From positions 1 through 39,046 of IMG/VR virus record IMGVR_UViG_3300042297_000157: DNA of 39,046 nucleotides; one strand, written 5' to 3'. The notes under the pieces were generated by a model. That model worked only from the letters and a program-made list of their open reading frames with translations. It did no database searches and was not told the DNA's origin. This document shows, one piece after another, positions 18,999 to 26,042 of this stretch. The position numbers were made by a program, and so were the translations under genes. Each line of letters opens with the position of its first letter. Position 1 is the stretch's first letter. The stretch comes from a virus (lineage: Duplodnaviria; Caudoviricetes).

Positions 18999-21900
18999 AT
19001 GGCAAGAGAATCGTTCAGACTCAGGCGGTATACAGGTGCTGGTGACGTAACTGGTGTCGGTTCATTTATTCGTGGTACTGATGCCCTACAGATAACTGCT
19101 GGTGCAAGCGTAACTGACGTTGACGCCGCTATCCGATCTACTGGAATAGTCACAACACTTCCATCAAGTGTAACTACTACCGCCGTTGATGAAAATGAAT
19201 ATGTATTTGAAGCACAAGCAATTGAGTACAACGCTGTTGTTTTAAACTGGTCTTTAACTGATGGCTTTACAGTTGAGAGCAGTGTTGTTGCAGGCGCTAC
19301 TGGACTTATTAACGTGGCGCTTGTCTATTCAGATTCGGGATTCCCTCAAACAGTTGTTGACGGTCAGTTGTTGTTCAGTGGTGTAGTTGACACATACTTA
19401 CACCAAGAGACAATAACAATTACCACTGACGCTGGCCCACTAGCAATACAAAAGCCAGTAAGTGGTAAATGGGCTTATTACACTTTGTTTGCTTACTACT
19501 ACGTTAAAGACAGCAATTCATATTTCTATGAACGACTTGCTTCAATTGAAATACTTGTACCAAAAGATTACGGATCCAAAGATGCTATGTGGAAACGTGT
19601 ACCTAAGTATTATCGTGACGCTGATAGAGGCAACACTCAATTAGAGCGTTTTATTGATACTTTTGGATTTGAACTAGACCGTAGTCGTACTCTTATTGAT
19701 TCCATCATGACCCAGCATGACCCTCTACTTGCAGAAGCAGAAGGTATTGAACAACTTGCAAGCATGCTTGGATTGGAACTTAATGTCAATGACATTGGTG
19801 TGTCCCGTACCCGTGCGTTGCTCCATGACATTGGATACCTACGCCGTACTAAAGGAACCCTTGACTCAGTTCGTGACTACATCACCGCAGTTAGCGGTTC
19901 TGACGTAACGATAACTACAGGCGCTTCTGCTCCGTTCTATACCTTCAATGTTCACGCACAACGTGCCAACCTTGTGGCTGACCCACGGTTCCTTACTAAT
20001 TCAGGTGTGTCATGGAACGTGGCGCAACAACCTGCGGTTACACGCACCAACCTTGTGACTAACCCATCATTTGAAATTGATACAGCAACTTGGGGTGCGT
20101 TTCGTTCTACTATCAGCCGTGTTGCTGGAACATTCGGCACAGGATCATGGGTTGGGCAGTTTGTTGCAACATCAACATTGACTGGTGGCGCAAACAGAAC
20201 TTTCATACCGATACCAAATCAGTCTTACACTGTTACTGGAACGGTGCTCAGGACAGTTGGCTCTAGGACTTATGCGATTGTGATTGACTGGTACAACAGT
20301 GCAGGATATGTGAGTTCATCAAGCGGAACTTCGCAAACTTGTGCGACTGCAACAATATTATCTGCAACTGGTGTTGCGCCAGCAGGTGCAGTGAGCGCAA
20401 CTATCACTTTCAACGCAAGTGCTGGTGCTATCGGTGACACGGCACAACTTGATTCAGTTATGATTGAACAATCTGCATCTGTTCTCCCATACTTTGATGG
20501 AACATATGTTAATGATTACCAAGGATACGGAATCATAAGTAAGGGGTGGTCTGGAACGGTTAACGCCTCTACTTCTACGGCTTCTTGGTTTACTGGCAAT
20601 ACCCGTACAAACCTAATCACTAATCCAAACTTTGAAGTAGATACCACAGGTTGGGCTGGTCTTGGTAGTGCCACATTATCTAGAAGTACAGCAAGTGCTT
20701 TTATTGGAACTGCTTCAATGTTAATTACAGATCCAAGTACTGGGTCTGCTGGCGCATCAACAACGTTTACTCCCGTTAGTGGAACTTCATATACGTTTAG
20801 TTTTTATGTAAAGAACATTGCTGGTGCTACCCGTAATATGTATGCACAAATAGGTTGGGGTGGTGGTACTTTTTCAACCAGTAACATTATTTCAGTTCCT
20901 ATAGGTATGAACAACTGGCTTCGTATATCCGTAACTGGGACAGCGCCTAATGGTTCAACAGCGAATCTTTATATAGTTACTTCTGATAGTGCTAACACAG
21001 AAACAGCAGAAACAGCATTAGTAGATGGAATTCTGTTAGAAACAGGTTCTGTACTACTTCCATACTTTGATGGAGCGTTTACTGCAAAACGTCAGAACTT
21101 ATTACCAAACCCTAGTTTTGAAACAAATACGACAGGTTGGAATGCTAACGGATCAACTAACACTAGAGTTGCTGGAACGTGGGGTTCAGGTTCTTGGGCA
21201 TACCAAATAGTCGCTACTGGCACAGGGTTATCTGGTACCTTTTCTGATTTTGCCTCATTCCCAGTTACTGAAGGACAAGCATACACAGCGAGTGGTTATG
21301 TTAAGTCAATTTCTGGAACGTTACGTCAAGTACAAATAGGAATTAACTGGTATAACGCAGCAGGAACTGGTATAAGTACTAGTACTACTAACAGCACCCT
21401 TACGACCAGTTCACAACGTATAAGTGTTACGGGAACTGCACCAGTTGGAGCCGTGCATGCTTTAGTAAGTGTTTATGGTTTAGGTACTGGTACTGTCGGA
21501 GATACTTGGCAATTGGATGCTGTTCTAGTTGAAGCAGGTTCAGCACTTCGTTCATACTTTGATGGAACATCTACCAACCAAGATTACAATGGATTTACTC
21601 TAAATACCCAAGCATGGAATGGAACCGCTAACGCCAGCACTTCTACAACATCTTGGTACACCACCAATCTTCTTCCAACCATTAGTACGGCACCAGCAGA
21701 AGGTATTCAAATTACGGCTGGTGCTTCGGGCAACAAGATTGCGGTTGTTTCTAACGTAGCCGTACCTGTGTCAGCAAACAATGCATATTATATTTCTGCT
21801 GACTTCTCTGCCCTCCCACAAGTTGTTTATGGTGGGTCATGGGGAACCAGTTCAACTTGGACAGACTGGACAGACGCCACAGCCGCTGACTCTATCTCTG

Positions 21901-22274
21901 TAGGTGTTGATGGTAGGTACACCTACCAAATGAACGCAACCACTTCGGGAACCAAGTACCCCGCATTCCTATTGAGCCTCAGCGCAGGACAATCAATTAC
22001 TTTGTCTAAATGGATGGTTGAGCCTAACGGTGCTGGGCAGTTCTTTGATGGTGACACCGTATTCAGCGGATTCCTTTATCAAGGCTTTACTTCTGACCAC
22101 ACATGGTCTGGGACTAAGTACGCCTCGTACTCGCTGTACACAACGAACCGAAAGAAGACTCAAGACGCTTTGTCACGTTTGATGCCAAAGATCTTACCTG
22201 TTACGCTAATGGGTACCTCAGGCGGAAACGCTAAGTACCTTATGCAGTTTGATTGGATTCCAGGAAAGACATGA
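18999..22274 (+). CDS. Baseplate wedge / tail protein (P2 gpI-like domain) with repeated carbohydrate-binding-like modules
   Basis: 1091 aa. 'LERFIDTFG...RRTKGT' wedge region, then repeats beginning NLxxNPxFE and ending YFDG. Confidence 0.75.
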   Translation: MARESFRLRRYTGAGDVTGVGSFIRGTDALQITAGASVTDVDAAIRSTGIVTTLPSSVTTTAVDENEYVFEAQAIEYNAVVLNWSLTDGFTVESSVVAGATGLINVALVYSDSGFPQTVVDGQLLFSGVVDTYLHQETITITTDAGPLAIQKPVSGKWAYYTLFAYYYVKDSNSYFYERLASIEILVPKDYGSKDAMWKRVPKYYRDADRGNTQLERFIDTFGFELDRSRTLIDSIMTQHDPLLAEAEGIEQLASMLGLELNVNDIGVSRTRALLHDIGYLRRTKGTLDSVRDYITAVSGSDVTITTGASAPFYTFNVHAQRANLVADPRFLTNSGVSWNVAQQPAVTRTNLVTNPSFEIDTATWGAFRSTISRVAGTFGTGSWVGQFVATSTLTGGANRTFIPIPNQSYTVTGTVLRTVGSRTYAIVIDWYNSAGYVSSSSGTSQTCATATILSATGVAPAGAVSATITFNASAGAIGDTAQLDSVMIEQSASVLPYFDGTYVNDYQGYGIISKGWSGTVNASTSTASWFTGNTRTNLITNPNFEVDTTGWAGLGSATLSRSTASAFIGTASMLITDPSTGSAGASTTFTPVSGTSYTFSFYVKNIAGATRNMYAQIGWGGGTFSTSNIISVPIGMNNWLRISVTGTAPNGSTANLYIVTSDSANTETAETALVDGILLETGSVLLPYFDGAFTAKRQNLLPNPSFETNTTGWNANGSTNTRVAGTWGSGSWAYQIVATGTGLSGTFSDFASFPVTEGQAYTASGYVKSISGTLRQVQIGINWYNAAGTGISTSTTNSTLTTSSQRISVTGTAPVGAVHALVSVYGLGTGTVGDTWQLDAVLVEAGSALRSYFDGTSTNQDYNGFTLNTQAWNGTANASTSTTSWYTTNLLPTISTAPAEGIQITAGASGNKIAVVSNVAVPVSANNAYYISADFSALPQVVYGGSWGTSSTWTDWTDATAADSISVGVDGRYTYQMNATTSGTKYPAFLLSLSAGQSITLSKWMVEPNGAGQFFDGDTVFSGFLYQGFTSDHTWSGTKYASYSLYTTNRKKTQDALSRLMPKILPVTLMGTSGGNAKYLMQFDWIPGKT

Positions 22275-22528
22275 TGACATATCTCGTGGCAGGTTTAGCC
22301 GTTTACAAATTGGTTCAACTACTCAACATATTAACGCCACGGGAAGCAATGCCTTGGGTGAAGATCCTTGCAGGAATTGTCTTTGGCTATGGTGCATCTT
22401 TTATTTTAAATGTTCAGGACATATGGACATCGGGTCTTGTAGTCGCTACACTGGCAGGCGCCTGCCACGGTGTACTCCGAATGATTACGCTTGTGGGAGA
22501 CATGGCACAACGCAAATCACTAAAATAG
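22271..22528 (+). CDS. Small membrane protein, putative holin
   Basis: About 85 aa, three hydrophobic segments and a basic C-terminus, at the end of the tail operon. ATGA overlap with the upstream gene. Confidence 0.5.
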   Translation: MMTYLVAGLAVYKLVQLLNILTPREAMPWVKILAGIVFGYGASFILNVQDIWTSGLVVATLAGACHGVLRMITLVGDMAQRKSLK

Positions 22529-22537
22529 GAGAAAACG

Positions 22538-23347
22538 ATGCTAAAAAAGTACGGTGTATTAGGAACAGGTAGAACCAGCAAGAACATCATTGAAGATGCC
22601 CTTAATGAACTAGGTGTAGACAACGATTTTATTGTTACCTGTGGTGCCAAACCATCTGATTCAGAGTCACGAGTAATCAACTGGCTGATTGACATGGAAG
22701 TTAATTTCATGCTTACTCACAATGGAAAGGCTCCTGCGGAGTTTATTGAGAAGGCTTCAGTTGAGCGACTAGATGCAAACCCAGCAAGAGACATGATTCA
22801 TTATCTGTCAAAGACTAAGGGAACTCTTTTGCTTCTTTGGGATGACGCATTGATACCTGAGATGGAAGAGATTTGTTTTGATGCCGCTGATGCTGGCGTC
22901 CCAATCCTTGACTTGACTAATGGCCTTGTACCAATTGTTGTGGACATCACGCACGAAGAAAAGACTGCCCCAATACCAACTGAAGAAGTTGAGATTGAAC
23001 CATTCAGCCGTGCTGAAATGTTGTCAATGTCTATTGGTGTTTTGCGCAAGAACGCAAAGGCTCAAGGTATCCATGTTGGTACCACTATGACAAAAGAACA
23101 AATCGTTGATGCAATACTCAATGACGTTCCGATGCCAGAACCAGTCATTGAAGAAGAGGAAGAGATTCTTCCACCAATTGACCTAGGTACATTCCACGTT
23201 GTAAGCAGTGCTCAAAACGACCGAGCAATTACTAGTTCTTATAACACATGCATGCTTACGGCAACATTCCCTAGCGGAGTGATTATGAGCCGTCCTGCAA
23301 ATGTGGAAGAAGTCAAACAGTTGTTTGGCTTTGGGTCAACTATTTAA
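22538..23347 (+). CDS. Hypothetical protein with a Rossmann/SLOG-like N-terminus and a Rho-N-like helical motif
   Basis: 269 aa, SD AGGAG. 'YGVLGTGR' at the N-terminus and 'MSIGVLRKNAKAQGI...MTKEQIVDAIL'. Confidence 0.5.
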   Translation: MLKKYGVLGTGRTSKNIIEDALNELGVDNDFIVTCGAKPSDSESRVINWLIDMEVNFMLTHNGKAPAEFIEKASVERLDANPARDMIHYLSKTKGTLLLLWDDALIPEMEEICFDAADAGVPILDLTNGLVPIVVDITHEEKTAPIPTEEVEIEPFSRAEMLSMSIGVLRKNAKAQGIHVGTTMTKEQIVDAILNDVPMPEPVIEEEEEILPPIDLGTFHVVSSAQNDRAITSSYNTCMLTATFPSGVIMSRPANVEEVKQLFGFGSTI

Positions 23348-23355
23348 TTGATGCC

Positions 23356-23628
23356 TTAACAATCCCATTTTCGTAATGCTAAAGCCTTACGAGTAGGTTC
23401 ACCGTTTGGCTTCTTCATTGGACCTTCCATGCCACTCATACGAGCGCAAAAAGACTTACGGCGAGCCGCAGACTTTGGAGATTTACTAGCCTGTTCTTTA
23501 GACACAGGTGGCTTGAGGTCTGAACCAGGGTTTGCCTTCTCATAAGACTTACGACCTTTTTCGTTAAGTCCACCCTTTTCGTTCTTACCTTCTTTGCGTT
23601 GCCATGCTTCTGATTTCTTAGTTGCCAT
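23356..23628 (-). CDS. Small basic conserved phage protein (DUF6321-like)
   Basis: 90 aa with 'GGLNEKGR', 'RRKSFCARM' and 'ALRKWDC', recognised from memory as a widespread phage family. Confidence 0.75.
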   Translation of the reverse strand: MATKKSEAWQRKEGKNEKGGLNEKGRKSYEKANPGSDLKPPVSKEQASKSPKSAARRKSFCARMSGMEGPMKKPNGEPTRKALALRKWDC

Positions 23629-23792
23629 TACTTTTTACCTTTTTTACTGACAGCCATGTTGTCAACAAGGTTTGGGTACGGACGACCAGCGGCTTTTGCA
23701 CGAGCCTTTGCTTCTGACTTTTGGTCAGAGGTCAACTTGCTGGATTTCTTTTTAGGATTGGGTTTATCCCATACTTCTTTTTTAGATGCCAT
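23628..23792 (-). CDS. Small basic protein (54 aa, not in the ORF track)
   Basis: MASKKEVWDKPNPKKKSSKLTSDQKSEAKARAKAAGRPYPNLVDNMAVSKKGKK*. Its stop overlaps the next ATG (TAATG). Confidence 0.8.
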   Translation of the reverse strand: MASKKEVWDKPNPKKKSSKLTSDQKSEAKARAKAAGRPYPNLVDNMAVSKKGKK

Positions 23793-23798
23793 CAAACA

Positions 23799-23804
23799 AG
23801 TTTA
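23799..23804 (-). promoter_or_regulatory. Putative -10 element for a leaderless transcript
   Basis: Minus-strand TAAACT exactly 6 nt before ATG 23792, with no SD. Confidence 0.45.
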
Positions 23805-23807
23805 GCG

Positions 23808-23903
23808 GTTGAAGGGAGGGCCGTTAACAAGGGCAAGGGAAGAAAGGAGGGAAATACCCTTGCTCTGTAGTTCCTGAGGAGGTCGCCCTCCCCTCAACAC
23901 TAT
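23808..23903 (-). ncRNA. Candidate structured small RNA or leader with anti-SD (C/U-rich) single-stranded motifs
   Basis: 14-bp closing stem (23808-23821 with 23885-23898), inner 10-bp stem (23830-23839 with 23857-23866), loop containing CCCUCCUUUCU. Begins just after a -35/-10 match. Confidence 0.6.
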
Positions 23904-23908
23904 TGCAC

Positions 23909-23937
23909 ACTTTAGCACCCGATCAGGGAAGTGCCAA
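23909..23937 (-). promoter_or_regulatory. Sigma70-type promoter (leftward)
   Basis: Minus strand TTGGCA(23937-23932)-N17-TAAAGT(23914-23909). Confidence 0.6.
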
Positions 23938-23960
23938 AGTGACTAGCGAGAGTGTAGCAT
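23931..23960 (+). promoter_or_regulatory. Possible rightward promoter of the replication operon
   Basis: GTGCCA(23931-23936)-N18-TAGCAT(23955-23960), upstream of SD GAGGAG and ATG 23992. The -35 match is weak. Confidence 0.35.
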
Positions 23961-23991
23961 GGCGACCCTAGATAACAACCTGAGGAGCAAT

Positions 23992-24477
23992 ATGGCACGA
24001 AACAACAAGTTGAGTGGACCTTTTTTACCAGTCCCAAGGTGGGTCCTTCCGTACATCTCTACGGACTACATCTCACACGCAGTACTGAACCACATGCTCC
24101 AGTACCTGCACCCAGAAACGCAGGAACTGACAACCTCCTACCAGCACATTGCTGACCAGTTGGGCTGTGACCGCCGAACCGTAATTCGCTCTATGAAGCG
24201 CCTAGAAGAGATCGGTCTGATTGTCAAACAGCACCGTGTGACCCGCAGTAACAAGAACTTGACGAATCGCTATTACGTCAATTTTAACAACCCAGTAGTG
24301 TCACACGAGTCACCCCTAGTAGTGTCCATGGAGACACTAGGTAGTGTCACGGGAGACACCACTAGTAGTGTCACGGGTGACACCCAATCAAGAGTATATA
24401 ACAAGAGTAAAAATAACAAGAAAGGGAAAATTTCAATACAAGTAGATCAGAGGCTTGAAGATGAAGAAACTTTCTGA
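23992..24477 (+). CDS. Replication initiator, winged-HTH (lambda O-like organisation)
   Basis: 'SYQHIADQLGCDRRTVIRSMKRLEEIGLI...NRYYV' followed by an iteron-encoded linker. SD GAGGAG supports ATG 23992. Confidence 0.8.
   Translation: MARNNKLSGPFLPVPRWVLPYISTDYISHAVLNHMLQYLHPETQELTTSYQHIADQLGCDRRTVIRSMKRLEEIGLIVKQHRVTRSNKNLTNRYYVNFNNPVVSHESPLVVSMETLGSVTGDTTSSVTGDTQSRVYNKSKNNKKGKISIQVDQRLEDEETF
24295..24440. repeat. Putative replication origin: four iterons plus an A-rich tract
   Basis: GTAGTGTC-N6-G(A/T)CAC at 24295, 24319, 24341 and 24365, each a GTGTC/GACAC dyad (copy 1 has one mismatch), followed by an A-rich stretch at 24385-24440. Confidence 0.8.
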
Positions 24478-24862
24478 CGACTGGGGCGTCGGCTTAGGTG
24501 AAGACCCTGACAAAAAAGAACCCGCCCCAAAACAGACCCGCCAAGACTCCCGTGGGAACTTGGTGTACTTCTTCCGAGCCAGCCTCCCGACCGAGACCAT
24601 GGACAGGATCACCTCCCCAGTGAATGGTCCTGCCCTGATGAAGGGTTTCAAGAAACTTACCGACAAGGGCTTTACAACCGATCAGATTCGTGCCATGATC
24701 ATGGCGTTCGTAAAAGAAATAACACGGAGACCGTTACCAGTGGAGGTGGCACCGTGGAGAGCCTTTCTAGCGAACTTAGATAAATACGCAAAGGAGAATT
24801 ATGTCAAAGAAGACGATCAGCCGACCTCAATCTCAATTGACCCAAGACTTACCGAAGAATAG
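24461..24862 (+). CDS. Hypothetical replication-associated protein
   Basis: About 133 aa, overlaps the initiator stop, upstream of the loader gene. Confidence 0.7.
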   Translation: MKKLSDDWGVGLGEDPDKKEPAPKQTRQDSRGNLVYFFRASLPTETMDRITSPVNGPALMKGFKKLTDKGFTTDQIRAMIMAFVKEITRRPLPVEVAPWRAFLANLDKYAKENYVKEDDQPTSISIDPRLTEE

Positions 24863-24977
24863 ATCGTTTATACACTGCATTTGTTGCGATCTTTATTTTT
24901 TAGACCCAGTTACGTTTTTAGACCATAGGTGTGCGGTATCATCGTTACCCCCTCACAAAATGGAAAAGCATGACTGA
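24801..24977 (+). CDS. Small zinc-finger-like protein (58 aa, not in the ORF track)
   Basis: SD AAGGAG, then MSKKTISRPQSQLTQDLPKNRSFIHCICCDLYFLDPVTFLDHRCAVSSLPPHKMEKHD*. Its stop overlaps the loader ATG. Confidence 0.6.
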   Translation: MSKKTISRPQSQLTQDLPKNRSFIHCICCDLYFLDPVTFLDHRCAVSSLPPHKMEKHD

Positions 24978-25602
24978 CTGGAAGAGTTCAAAATACTGGC
25001 GCAACCGCCCCGTTGAAGAACGGGTTCGTAATCTGCGTGTACCACCTCGCTACAAGAACAGCACGTTTGCAAACTATGACGAGAACGAAGGTTCGCCTGC
25101 ATTCAAAGATGCTGTCATCAAGTGGACAAACAATATTGAGAAGCGCATGGAAGACGGTATGGGTTTGTATATCCATGGCAAGACAGGTCTTGGTAAAACA
25201 CACATGGCTGTAGCCGCTTTGCGTGAAGTTGTTTCAAAGAACGAACTCAGTGGTTTGTTTATCTCTTACGACATCTTTGTTGAAATGGTTCACGACTCTC
25301 GCAACAACGATGGTGAACTTCCTGAAATGTACGGCGATCCAAACTTGCTCAAGTACATGCGCCGTGTTTACGACATTGTTGTTGTTGACAACTTGAATGC
25401 AGATCGCTTGACCGAGTACATGTCAAAGACAGTCTCAAGCATGATTGAATCTCGTTATGACATGCAACTGCCAACAATCTTTACAACAGAAATTAACCCC
25501 GACAAGTTGCCAACTCTGTACAGTCCACGAGTGCATTCCATTATCAAACAATCATGTTTCATTATGGGAGTAACTGGTTCTGATTACAGGTTGGAGCACT
25601 AA
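24970..25602 (+). CDS. dnaC: DnaC/IstB-like AAA+ helicase loader
   Basis: 'VPPRYKNSTF', Walker A GKTGLGKT, Walker B 'VVVDNL', 'LPTIFTT'. Confidence 0.88.
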   Translation: MTDWKSSKYWRNRPVEERVRNLRVPPRYKNSTFANYDENEGSPAFKDAVIKWTNNIEKRMEDGMGLYIHGKTGLGKTHMAVAALREVVSKNELSGLFISYDIFVEMVHDSRNNDGELPEMYGDPNLLKYMRRVYDIVVVDNLNADRLTEYMSKTVSSMIESRYDMQLPTIFTTEINPDKLPTLYSPRVHSIIKQSCFIMGVTGSDYRLEH

Positions 25603-26042
25603 TGTTCGGTAATGACATTCAATCATACGAGGACGTTGGATACGGAGTTGTCTTTGAAGAACTACTTGCTTCACCTCCTGGGGGTATCAAAGGTATTGGT
25701 AGTTCGTTGTATAAAGCACGAAACAACTGGGACCGTGTTCTTAACTTGTGGGAATCAAATGACCTTCCGTTGAAGTCTCTTTACGACACAACTCATCGTT
25801 TAGGTATCGGCGCAGAGGTTTACACTTTCTTGTCAATAGATGCAGTTGAAGCAGTAGACAACTGGCTACAACGTAAAGGAATGTCCCTTCCAGTTCTCTA
25901 CTATAAAAATGTGGGAGAACTTGAATACGACTTGCGATTCAAGAGATCTGTCCGTACAATCTTCGTTCCACACCAAGAACAAGCATTTGCGCTCGGACTT
26001 CGTGCGACAGTTTCATCTCCTACAAGCGCTTGGGTTTTCTAA
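25602..26042 (+). CDS. Hypothetical protein
   Basis: 146 aa, TAATG-coupled on both sides. Confidence 0.75.
   Translation: MFGNDIQSYEDVGYGVVFEELLASPPGGIKGIGSSLYKARNNWDRVLNLWESNDLPLKSLYDTTHRLGIGAEVYTFLSIDAVEAVDNWLQRKGMSLPVLYYKNVGELEYDLRFKRSVRTIFVPHQEQAFALGLRATVSSPTSAWVF

Noticed and set aside
23860-23877. Mini-ORF TTG CTC TGT AGT TCC TGA behind the + strand AGAAAGGAGG
   Set aside because: It has only five codons, a weak start buried in a stem and no other support. It cannot be fully excluded as a leader peptide.
23808-23898. tRNA or simple terminator
   Set aside because: There is no cloverleaf, T-loop or CCA, and the nested two-stem fold lacks a U-tract.
24295-24384. Mini-CRISPR array linked to the Cas4-like gene
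   Set aside because: The units are about 20 bp with only 2-4 bp between them and lie inside the initiator gene, which fits iterons.
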